Part shown: positions 38,613-49,637 of the stretch, piece after piece
How the letters are laid out: every line of letters begins with the position of its first letter
Position numbering within the stretch: the stretch's first letter is position 1
DNA from: Octopus sinensis
Lineage: Eukaryota
Assembly (NCBI RefSeq): GCF_006345805.1
Contig: NC_043011.1
Location: forward strand, 43,722,464 to 43,786,463
Length of the DNA: 64,000 bases
Direction: 5' to 3'
Notes under the pieces: generated by a model
What the model was told of the DNA's origin: nothing
The model's input: only the letters and a program-made list of their open reading frames with translations
Database searches by the model: none
Program-made: the position numbers and the translations under genes

Positions 38613-39619
38613 GGAGCTAATGCGGTTTCGCACCTCTCCTTGAAAAATGCAGGTTTAAAAAAAAATTTTTTTCTGGATTCCTACGTTTATGATGTCGAAG
38701 ATTACGAATATGCCCCCCCCCAAAAAAATTCCCCCCTCATGCACACACCACCTCTTAAAATCATCACTCCCCTCTTAAAATTTTGAACTTTTTCGAAATT
38801 TTTCCCCCCTATGTTTTAGATGCGCAAGAATCCATTTTTTCAAAATTTTAAATTCAATAAGCATATAGGAGTGGCTGTGTGGTAAGTAGCTTGTTTACCA
38901 ACCACATGGTTCCGGGTTCAGTCCCACTGCGTGGCACCTTGGGCAAGTGTCTTCTACTATAGCCTCGGGCCGACCAAAGCCTTGTGAGTGGATTTGGTAG
39001 ACGGAAACTGAAAGAAGCCCGTCGTATATATGTATATATATATGTGCGTGTGTGTGTTTGTGTGTCTGTGTTTGTGCTCCTAGCATTGCTTGACAACCGA
39101 TGCTGGTGTGTTTATGTCCCCGTTACTTAGCGGTTCGGCAAAACAGACTGATAGAATAAGTACTGGGCTTACAAAAGAATAAGTCCCGGGGTCGAGTTGC
39201 TCGATTAAAGGCGGTGCTCCAGCATGGCCGTAGTCAAATGACTGAAACAAGTAAATGAGTAATATGTGTGTATAAAGAGATTAGATAGATGTGTCTTCCC
39301 AGGGCTAAAAACAACAGTAACACTGTCTTCTCTAGAACCACCACATTTAGTTGACAAATATATTTTATGAATAAACGGACAGGGATAAATAGAAAGACAG
39401 ACAAATAAATAAATGGATGAAAAAGTTCAAAATTTAAAATTGAGGGAGAGGTGAAATTTGAGCTCCTTATAACATTAAATTTGAGCCCCTTTATAACATT
39501 AAATTTTAAAAAAAATGTTTTGCATATTCGTAATCTCAGACATCTAAAACGTAGGAATCCGAAAATTTTTTTCAAAAAAATGCATTTTTCAAGGAGAGGG
39601 GCGGAACTGCATTATGCCC
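38613..39619. mobile_element. Long-TIR MITE (Sola-like ends) with a SINE inserted
   Basis: About 100-bp imperfect inverted termini: TAATGCGGTTTCGCACCTCTCCTTGAAAAATGCA...GATTACGAATATGC versus its reverse complement at 39521-39619. Confidence 0.7.
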
Positions 39620-39657
39620 AAACATTTTTGATCAAATCTTTAATTTCTATTTTCAAG

Positions 39658-39857
39658 TCTTATGAAACGGAAGAAGTAGAAGTGGAACCGCGAAGCAAAT
39701 GGAAAAGATATTCCGCTTACATCGCCATCAGTGGCAGTGTCCTATTATTGACTGTCGTCATCTACGGTCTTTGGAGAAACGTATTATGTAGTCTGTCCAT
39801 CCTCTTATGTCCTTGCATTGCCATCGCCTTTCCTTGTTTGTACTTTTATTTCAAAAG
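39658..39857 (+). CDS. Uncharacterised membrane protein, exon 3 (TM helix plus Cys-rich hydrophobic segment)
   Basis: Acceptor tttctattttcaag, donor AG|gtaagt. Reads SYETEEVEVEPRSKWKRYSAYIAISGSVLLLTVVIYGLWRNVLCSLSILLCPCIAIAFPCLYFYFK. Confidence 0.82.
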
Positions 39858-41036
39858 GTAAGTATTATCGTCGTTAATAAACTAGTAATGTGCCCAGTTT
39901 CAACTCCTTACCTGTCCAAAGTCCTCCCCACTCTTTTTAAGTTTGTTTTTAACGTCCATGCTTGTTTTCAGACTGTTAGTTATTAGAGTTTAATTTGGTT
40001 TTAGCTGGGAGGTAATATGTTTTGGTATTACGGCGCCGAGCTTGGCAGAAACGTTAGCACGCCGGGCGAAATGTGTGGCCGTATTTCGTTTGCCATTACG
40101 TTCTGAGTTCAAATTCCGCCGAATTTGCCTTTCATCCTTTCGGGGTCAATAAATTAAGTACCAGTTACGCACTGGGATCGATATAATCGACTTAATCCGT
40201 TTGTCTGTCCTTGTTTGTCCCCTCCGTGTTTAGCCCCTTGTGAGTAGTAAAGAAATAGGTATTTCGTCTGTCTTTACGTTCTGAGTTCAAATTCCGCTGA
40301 GGTCGTCTTTGCCTCTCATCCTTTCGGGGTCGATAAATTAAGTACCAGTTACGCATTGGAGTCAATGTAATCGACTTAATCCATTTGTCTGGCCTTGTTT
40401 GTCCCATTTGTGTTTAGCCCCTTGTGGGCAATAAAGAAATAAGAAATGTTAGCTCGCCGGGCGAAATGCTTAGCGGTATTTCATCTGTCTTTATGTTCTG
40501 AGTTCGAATTCCGCTGAGGTCGACTTTGCCTTTCATCCTTTCGGGGTCGATAAGTTAAGTTCCAGCTGGGGGCTGGCATCGATCTAGTCGACTGGCCCCT
40601 CCCCCAAAATGACGGGCCTTATGCCTAGAGTAGAAAAGACTATTATCTCTGTAATAAATCGGCGAGCTGGCAGAAACGTTAGCACGCCGGGCGAAATGCT
40701 CAGTGGTATTTCGTCTGCCGCTACGTTCTGGGTTCAAATTCCGCCGAGGTCGACTTTGCCTTTCATCCTTTCGAGGTCGATAAATTAAGTACCATTTACG
40801 CATTGGGGTAGATGTAATCGACTTAATCCGTTTGTCTGTCCTTGTTTGTCCCTTCTGTGTTTAGCCCCTTGTGGGTAGTAAAGAAATAGGTATTACGTCC
40901 GTCTATACGTCATATTGCCATTCGTTCACTAATTCTCACTCTCTCCCTCCCTCCCCACTCTCTCTCCCTCTCTTTCTCTATGTATGTATGTATGTATGTA
41001 TGTATGTATGTATGTATGTATTTGCGTGCGTGCGTA

Positions 41037-41921
41037 CAGGGTGATTCAAAAGTTGCCATACATAGGAACAATTTCTCTTTTAAAAGAAAGTTTATGAGAA
41101 AAGTTTTCTTCTTCTTCTTCTTCTTCTTCTTATTGTTAGTGTTCAGGTCAACGATTGGAATCGAACTCGGAATCTTGGGGTTGTAGCCCGCGCTCTTAAC
41201 CACTACGCCATATGCCCGTGGCGTAGTGGTTAAGAGCGCGGGCCACTAACCCCAAGATTCCGAGTTTCCTTTTTATTTAACAGGCTCTATATGGTTACCG
41301 TGGAGGCGCAATGGCCCAGTGGTTAGGGCAGCGGACTCGCGGTCATAGGATCGCGGTTTCGATTCCCAGACCGGCGTTGTGAGTGTTATTGAGCGAAAAA
41401 CACCTCAAAGCTCCACGAGGCTCGGCAGGGGATGGTGGTGATCCCTGCTGTACTCTTTCACAACAACTTTCTCTCACGCTTACTTCCTGTTTCTGTTGTA
41501 CCTGTATTTCAAGGGGCCGGCCTTGTCACTCTCTGTGTCACGCTGAATATCCCCGAGAAGTACGTTAAGGGTGCACGTGACTGTGGAGTGCTCAGCCACT
41601 TACACGTTAATTTCACGAGCAGGCTGTTCCGTTGATTCGGATCAACCGGAACCCTCGTCGTCGTAACCGACGGAGTGCTTCATATGGTTACCATTGTTTT
41701 GGATACACTTTGCAATACGTTTACCCCATACATTGTGAACTCTTAATGGCACATCTGGTGATACGGGTGCAAAGGAGTTGCTGATGCGCTCCTTCAAATG
41801 ATTTGTGTCTTTTATCTTCCTGCGAATACCCACAAAGACAGAAATCAAGAGATCTTCATAAACTGTCTCGTATATAAAAAAAAAAAAAATTCCTATGTAT
41901 GGAGACTTTTGAACCACCCTT
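41037..41921 (-). mobile_element. Deleted Tc1/mariner-superfamily element hosting two SINE insertions
   Basis: TIRs CAGGGTGATTCAAAAGTTGCCATACATAGGAA and TTCCTATGTATGGAGACTTTTGAACCACCCT, TA flanks. Transposase C-terminal remnant LKERI...RVHNVW..RIAKCIQNNGNH. Confidence 0.75.
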
Positions 41922-42094
41922 TACTATATTATCACGGTACTATTTAAGAAGAGTAATCCCGGTGCGCGCACTCGCGTACTCGCGCATCTGGTCGTGATTA
42001 GTCGATCCTTACTTTGTGTTTTTGCGTTTTATTTACTTTGTTTAAAAAAATATTTACTTTGTTTAAAAAAATATTTACTTTGTGTAAAAAAAAT

Positions 42095-42592
42095 GGATCT
42101 TTTCGGTTTGAACGGCAGTTTTTAGCATAATTTCTAGGTAACTAAAATATTTTAAACTTCGTATACTGGTAGAATGTGTTTATAACACATCTTTTTCTCT
42201 TGGCTTTATTGAGAAAATTCTATAGTTTGTAAGATATTTGTTGTTTTTTTTTCTTCAATTTCTGCAATTTCAACCAATCAATGTCGTCATAAGCGGGAAG
42301 TGTAACCTCTCGAAAGAGCTGTTCTTCACTCCTGCTCCGGAGCGTCGGCTGCGGGGTCATTCCGAAAAGCTCTACCTGCGACGATTTCATCTCAATCGAA
42401 GGAGAGGAGCTTTCTCCGTCCGGGTTGCGGATCCGTGGAACAAGCTGCCAGACGAGATGGTGAAGATGCCGACGACCGCTTTGTTCAAAGCCTCCCTGGA
42501 CCTCAAGTGGCCTGAACTCTTTACATGAACACCACCCTGTACTTAACTCCATGTCCCCCTACATGGCCTTGCTATTTGCTTTTGAGCCAAAT

Positions 42593-42628
<36 letters not shown>

Positions 42629-42852
42629 GTCCATTGAGGTAAAAAAAACATTCTGTGCCGTATGAATATGTCCCTCGTTTAAGAAGCAGATTGGGTTTAT
42701 TTACAATTGTGAAGAAAAAAAAGATACCCCCTCACCCTCACCCTAACCCTAAAACAGATTGAAATGCAATAGATCGATACTAGGGTCATAATTATGGGTG
42801 ACAATTTCATGACACCGCTAGAAAAAAACTGCCGTTCAAACCGAAAAGATCC
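42095..42852. mobile_element. Second MITE nested in the previous one; a degenerate copy lies at about 43059-43296
   Basis: 28-bp TIR GGATCTTTTCGGTTTGAACGGCAGTTTT and a subterminal (CCCTMA)n run. Confidence 0.85.
42281..42628 (+). mobile_element. CR1-clade LINE 3' end
   Basis: LRGHSEKL...RRGAFSVRVADPWNKLP...FKASLD motif and an (AACT)n tail. Confidence 0.88.
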
Positions 42853-43344
42853 CCAAAAATTTATTTTGTGTTTTATTTATTTTGCTAGGTAGTCGTTGTA
42901 GGATCGACTAGTCACGACTAGCTAGCGCGGATGCGCGAGTACGCGAGTGCGCGCACCGGGACCACTCTTCTTAAATAGTACCTGTTATCACTTCAATGAT
43001 GACTCTACAGAAAAAAAAAATACCCTATCGTTTCCATAGTAATTCTTTTCCCAGCTAGTATCTTTTCACTTTGACCGGCAGGTTTTTAAAATAATTTCCA
43101 CGTAACTAAACACTTTTAAACTTCGTATCTGGACTGGTGATCTGTGGTAATGGTTGACGAATAAAGAACGACTGGGATAAGAGTGTTTTCTCTCTGAGAG
43201 AAATGTTTTCTTGAGAAATCCGTAGTTTGTAAGCTATTTGTGTTTTAATTTCTTGCATTTCGGCAATTTCAACCAATCAATAATAACGTCTATTTTGGGA
43301 AAACAAAAAAGCCTAATGGATTTCTCAAACTTTTTTTTTCGCAG

Positions 43345-43495
43345 TTTCGATCCGGTGAAGCTAATGAAATTGGACCCTAATAAATATATACCCGGACTAA
43401 TCATTAGAGATGATTGCGTAAGGATACAATACAGTCCGACGCCGGAGGAGATGTACTGGTTGGCAGACGTGATCGACAAGATCGAAACAGCTTAG
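43345..43495 (+). CDS. Uncharacterised membrane protein, exon 4 (C-terminus)
   Basis: Acceptor tttttttttcgcag, phase 2 matching exon 3. Reads SFDPVKLMKLDPNKYIPGLIIRDDCVRIQYSPTPEEMYWLADVIDKIETA*. The four exons total 621 nt, i.e. 206 aa plus stop. Confidence 0.82.
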
Positions 43496-43680
43496 ATCTC
43501 TCGCTTTCCTGTTGCTTTATTATTTGGCCGGGCTACGCTTAGGGTTTGAAGAAAGTATGCGCATCAAGTATCGCTTGTGAAAATATAGTTTGACTCAGTT
43601 TTATGCACAAGCGCACCGTCTTACATACATAGTCTCTCTCTCTTTCTCTCCCCCTCTGTCTGCTTGTCTGTCTGTCTTTG

Positions 43681-43711
<31 letters not shown>

Positions 43712-43890
43712 GACACTCTCGTTCTCTAGGGCTTCTCTTTGTCTCCAGTTAATTTATAAATAAAACTAAGCATAAAACCACCCACGAGCTCTTCTTCTTC
43801 TTCTTCTTCTTCTTCTTCTTCTTCTTCTTCTCCTCCTTCTTCTCCTCCTTCTTCTTCTTCTTCTTCTTCTTCTTCTTCTTCTTCTCCTCC

Positions 43891-43921
<31 letters not shown>

Positions 43922-44759
43922 TCTTCTTCTTCTGCTTCTTCTTCTGCTTCTTCTTCTCCCCCTGTCATCACTGCCTCCTTTGTCACCGCCGCCGCCGCTG
44001 CCTTCTGGTAGTAGCGTCTTTCCTCGCACGGTACAAATCAATCTCTCCAAGCACTTGATAGTAAACCTCCTTTGGTTAAAACCATTCTTCAAAACTTTCT
44101 CTCTACGTACAAACTGGTGTCTCAAACTGAAGCGGTTACGAGTTGGCAGAACTGTTAGCACGCCCGGCGAAATGCGTAGCCGTATTTCGTCTGCCGTTAC
44201 GTTCTGAGTTCAAATTCTGCCGAGGTCGACTTTGCCTTTCATCCTTTCGGGGGTCGATAAATTAAGTACCAGTTACCCTCTGGGGTCGATGTAATCGACT
44301 TTAATACCTTTGTCTGTCCTTGTTTGTCCCCTCTATGTTTAGCCCCTTGTGGGTAATAAAGAAATAGGTACCTTGGCTCTCGGGCATCTAAATCACTCAG
44401 AAGGGTCACGGTTAGAACTCTAACAGAAGCACAAAATGTGACAGTTGAGGGTAGAGAGGTGTCCAGGAGCCATGACCTACATGCAACTCTTGTTACTAAA
44501 ATAATAAATTAGGCTATTACTACACACTCTTTTACTGGTTTCAGTCATTTTTGACTGCGGCCATGCTGGAGCACCGCTTTTAGTCGAACAAATCGACCCC
44601 AGGACTTGTTCTTTATAAGCCTAGTACTTATTCTGTCGGACGCTTTTGGCCGAACCGCTATGTTTCGGGGTCATAAACACACCAACATCGGTTGTCAAGC
44701 GATGGTAGTGGGGGACAAACACAGGCACACATATACATATACATACATATATATATGTA

Positions 44760-44805
<46 letters not shown>

Positions 44806-45817
44806 CATATATATGATATGCGGGCTTCTTTCAGTTTCCGTCTACCAAATCCACTGACAAGGCTTTGGTAGGCCCGAGGCTATAGTAAATACTTGCCTAA
44901 GGTGCCACGCAGTGGGACTGAACCCGGACCATGTGGTTGGTAAACAAGCTACTTACCACACAGCCACATATATATCACATACGACGGGCTTCTTTCAGAT
45001 TTCGTCTACCAAATCCATTCACAAGGCTTTGGTCGGCCCGAGGCTATGGTAGATGACGCTTGTCCAAGGGTTCACGCAGTGAGACTGAACCCGTTCGCTC
45101 CTCATCCTATTTTCTCTACAAGGCGGTGACCGCAAGGCCACAATCAAATGACATAACAATTAAAAAGAATGTAAAGGAAAATGTAAATAAGATATGTTAG
45201 TCTGTGTATGTGTGTGTGTGCGCGCGCGTTCGTTAGGGCGCGTGTATGTATGTATGTATTTATTTATTGTACGGTTTTAGAAGCACCAGTTTCACTTACA
45301 CGCACGTACACATGCATACATATACACGCACACTCGCACACACACCAACAGATTACACACACACACACACACACACACACGCGCGCGCGCACACACATAC
45401 AAACACTATACAAAAAACATTCAGTCCTGTTTTCGTGAAATTCCTCCCACGTCAGCGGTAATATACCCAAGCGCCTCCACCAGCGGTAATACACTTTATT
45501 CTATTTCTCCCTCCTCCTTCTTTGCCTTCTTTCCTTCTTTTTTATAAAGCAAGCAGTGAGTAAAAATGCTGATATGATGTGTGAATGTTGGTATAAGGAC
45601 CTGGTGTCGCTAAAGTGCTGCTTATTTTCAACAGCGTGATATGTGTGTAGAAATGTAGGTTTGTCTCTGTGCGTCCGTACGTGCGGGTGTATGTGTGTCA
45701 GTTTTGGCGCGATTTCATAATATACGTAGCAGAAATCTGTGTGTTAATAAGATATTATAAATGTATGCATGTGTACGCATACACACACACAAACACATAC
45801 ACACAAACACACGCACA

Positions 45818-45872
<55 letters not shown>

Positions 45873-46435
45873 GCGCACCTATATTTTCTCTTCAGCTCAG
45901 AACTTATTTGACCGGTTGTTCGGTTTCCATGGTGTATATGTGACCGAGATCACAACATACCCCTCCTCGGTACGGTGGTCCCATACAGATTTCAAGGCCT
46001 GGTTTTCGAGGAGAGAGGACAAGCTGATTACGTCGACCCCAGGACTATAAAAATCCTTTAAAAAACTTAATGTGTTTTTTTTTTTTTAAAAAAAACAGTC
46101 AGAGCCAACTTCTGACTGGTTGATTCGATTTCGTTTTGTCTGTGATACGTGTACGTGATATTGAGAAGCAGCAAGAACAGCGAAATACGTATCTTTTGCG
46201 CACGCGGTCACTTCCAGAGCGATTTCGTTTCGCTCGGCTCTGAGGCATATTGTTTTTTAACACGATATATCTATAAATGAATGAATATTCCCGTGGGAAA
46301 CCGCAGTTTGTGGCTTTTAAAGTCTATACATATATTATTTTAAAAATCCACCACACATACATACACACACAAGCATATCCTTCTCTCTCTCTCTTGCTCT
46401 CTCTGTCACTCTCTCTCCATCTGTCTGTCTGTCTG

Positions 46436-46504
<69 letters not shown>

Positions 46505-46660
46505 TTTATAGAAGGAGCTTCTACAGGACTAGAACTGTTTCATTCAGATGAAATCTTCAGGAAGCATTCTTCAGAAGCTCCTTCTATAAAATAAATTACT
46601 TTACTCTGCTATATATTGAGTACCTTATTTACTGTGGTTAACCCCGACTCAACCCGGGAC

Positions 46661-46700
<40 letters not shown>

Positions 46701-46707
46701 ATATATA

Positions 46708-47160
46708 TATATAATATTAATTAGAGACAAAACCACTATTATGCAAATCAAACAAAGAAAGACTTAATCCAATACATAAAAAATTTTATATAAATTAAAT
46801 AATTAAGATATCCACTACGATCGTTTCTTGTCACTTCTATGGACATTCATCAGGTGGTTTCAAGATCTTCTTTGCAAGTTTAAACTTCATAGTTTAAAAC
46901 TTGCAAAGAAGGTCTTGAAACCACCTGATGAATGTCCATAGAAGTGACAAGAAACGATCGTAGTGGATATCTTAATTATATTTAATTTATATAAATTTTT
47001 TTATGTATTGGATTAAGTCTTTCTTTGTTTGATTTGCATAATAGTGGTTTTGTCTCTAATTAATATTATATTATATTTTACTATAAAATTGGATTCAATC
47101 CTAAATCTGATTTTTCCCTGTAAATTTGGATTTATTCCCTAATATTTATTATTATTATTA
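46708..47160. mobile_element. Penelope-like pseudo-LTR fold-back (arms of about 180 bp, 4-nt loop) in (TA)n
   Basis: 46708-46886 is inverted at 46891-47070 with few differences. The right arm continues about 90 bp further and each arm carries a hammerhead motif. Confidence 0.75.
46921..46966 (+). ncRNA. Minimal type-I hammerhead ribozyme-like motif; mirror copy at 46812-46857 on the minus strand
   Basis: CCAC-CTGATGA-a-TGTC-catagaagt-GACA-a-GAAA-CGATCG-TA-GTGG: stem I, core, stem II, palindromic stem III and a GUA site. Stem II is closed by a non-canonical A.A pair. Confidence 0.65.
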
Positions 47161-47409
47161 TATATATATATATAAATATATATAGATATATATATATATA
47201 ATATTATATATATATATATATACATATGTATATATATTCTTTAATCTTTTAATCATTAACTTGCCCAGTCATTTGACTGCAGCCATGCTGGATCACTGCC
47301 TTGAAGGGTTTTAATGAAACAAGTCGATCCCAGGACATAAACACACCAACACCGTTTGTCAAGCGGTGATGGAGGGATAAACAGATACGCAAGTCATACG
47401 CACGCACGC

Positions 47410-47463
<54 letters not shown>

Positions 47464-47478
47464 ACATATATATATATA

Positions 47479-48310
47479 CAGTCAACTCTCGCTACTATGC
47501 CACTTGTAAACTGAAGCGCACGCAACTTTTCGAAATTTTGTACTCCTACATTTCGTACATTTCGTATTTGTAATCTTGTGGAAAAGTTCAGAAAGTAGCA
47601 CACAATGTCAGCTCAGAAACCCTCGGTACTATGCCACTTTGGCTCAGTCCCGCAGGGTGGCATAGTAGCGAGAGTTGACTGTATATATTCCACGGGCTTC
47701 TTTCAGAGTTTACGCTGAAGGAAAAGAAGGAGATTATCGATGCTGCGAAAAACGTTATTGTCGAGCCCCTCGTATCATTAGTTATATCTGATACAAGTTA
47801 CCGCCCCTTGTATTGTCCGACATGTTTCACTCTAGAAGAAATAGCAAAGGAGTAATGCTAACGAAGGGCTGGTGGAAAGTGAACACGAGGTAATTGTGGA
47901 AGAGGAATACGTTTCGTTTGCAGATGCCCAGAGAGCATGGAGCACTATCCGAAAGTTTATGCAGCAGCAGAGCAGCGAAAACCCAGCGTCATGCAGGCGT
48001 GTGATAGGCTAGACAACGAAATGAATGAAACCCGCCGAAAGAAGATGCGTCAGCCGACAATTTTTGAGAGCTTCGGGATTAACTAAAAGCAATCTGAACT
48101 TAATAAACTTGGATGTCTTCTTTTTACCATTGCATTGAACTTCTTATTGGCCTTACTTCTTACCCTATGAATTTTTATTCGTATGTTCAGTAAATTCGTA
48201 TGTTCAGTAAAATGTAGTGTTTAGATAACAGACCCTCGGTACTATGCCACTCTCGGTACTATGCTACCTTGGCTCAGTCCCGCAGGGTGGCATAGTATGA
48301 GAGTTGACTG
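47479..48310 (+). mobile_element. Internally deleted pogo/Tigger-type transposon with a duplicated right end
   Basis: TIR CAGTCAACTCTCGCTACTATGCCAC with TA flanks. Remnants EFTLKEKKEIIDAAK (CENP-B-type HTH start) and KKMRQPTIFESFGIN* (C-terminus). Confidence 0.8.
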
Positions 48311-49133
48311 TATATATTCCACGGGCTTCTTTCAGTTTCCGCCTACCAAACCTGCTCACAAAGCTTTGGTCGACCCGAGGCTATAGTAGAAAAAGATGCC
48401 CAAGGAGCCATGCAGTGGGACTGAACCCGGAACCATGTGGTTGAAAAGCAATCTTCTTACAACACAGTCACGCCTGTGTATACACACATATATTTGTGTA
48501 TAATTTCTTAATATGTTGTCTGCATATGCTACCTTCCTAGAAAATTTTCCTCTTAGCATCTCAGATTCTTTGTTGATAGGACGCTGGAGCGTTTAACAAT
48601 ATACGCTTTCAATAAAACAGTCAATCCCGCAAAGCAAACTAAATAAAATTTGAGATTTAGCGGAGGGTCAAAATTGGTAACACAAACAGGACAGTGAAAA
48701 CAAACAGAAAGGGCTGGTAAGCCTAAACGAGGTTGTGGTGGCGAACGCGTAAATCACGCTTTGGCAGGAGACAGATAAGAACACGTCTTCCCTGTTCCAG
48801 CTATAACGGAGAGAAAGAAAGAAACACAAGTTAGGAGAAGAAATAAAGATAGCCGATGGTCACGTGGGAGCCACGTGAGCAAGAAAGGAGTGAGGGAGAG
48901 AGAGTTCAATACGCAAACATCGAGAGAAAAAAATGGAAAACAGGACAAGAAACACGAGGAGCAAACAGACAGCCGACAACTGATGAAGGGTCGTTCTTTG
49001 TGTTACTTGTCCTAATTTACTTAATTATTGGCATATGCAGTATATTAGGAGATGAGTTGAAAGCACATAAAAAAAGAAAAACGAGGGAAAAACATTATTT
49101 CTCACTGAAATTGAGTTGTGTGTTTTATATGAA

Positions 49134-49637
49134 ACTAGCAGTATCGCCCGGCGTTGCTCGGGTTTGTAAGGAAATAACTATATAAGCATTTTTAGAGAGA
49201 TACTTCCCTTATAGATGCCAATTCGGGCTTTCTTAGCCATTTCTGTTTTGGTGTCTTCAAGCCATGAAGTCGTTGTTCTAAAAGAACGCTGGTCTCCTTG
49301 ACAACGCTTTACGACGTTGATTTCCTTACACTCCCTTCCCCGCAGCTTCACGAGGGAGGGAAGAAGGGGGAGAAGCAAACAGGTGCAGGTGTGACCATGG
49401 ACGCCAACTCCGCCGCCATCGACACACGAAAAATTATGCATTAAAATGGAATAAAAAATAATGTAAAATTATTTTTAAAATCGTAGACTCATCGTAGACG
49501 CACGCTAATAGCCAGACGGGCTCGATATGAATTACGACTATAAGATACCCGAATTTGGTTAAACTGCACCGCAAAATGTGGGAGGAGTTAGGAATCTAAA
49601 TCGAAGGGGACAGACACTCACACAACTACACAGTTTT
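49134..49637 (+). mobile_element. Helitron/Helentron-like (DINE/HINE-type) non-autonomous element
   Basis: 5' ACTAGCAGTATCGCCCGGCGTTGCTCGGG stem-loop and a 3' GACAGACA..CACA microsatellite-like end. It interrupts another repeat. Confidence 0.65.

Larger units (their letters stand above)
41936..42982. mobile_element. MITE with long GGTAC-initiated TIRs and a 9-bp TSD (Merlin-like)
   Basis: GGTACTATTTAAGAAGAGT..CCCGGTGCGCGCACTCGCGTACTCGCGCATC is inverted at both ends. TSD TATTATCAC/TGTTATCAC. Confidence 0.85.

Noticed and set aside
42729-42752. Interstitial telomere (CCCTAA)
   Set aside because: Only two exact units, lying inside a MITE subterminal region.
48980-49015. Hammerhead at CTGATGAAGGG (and CTGATGAGTC at 52080)
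   Set aside because: No stem II closure followed by GAAA; truncated or coincidental.
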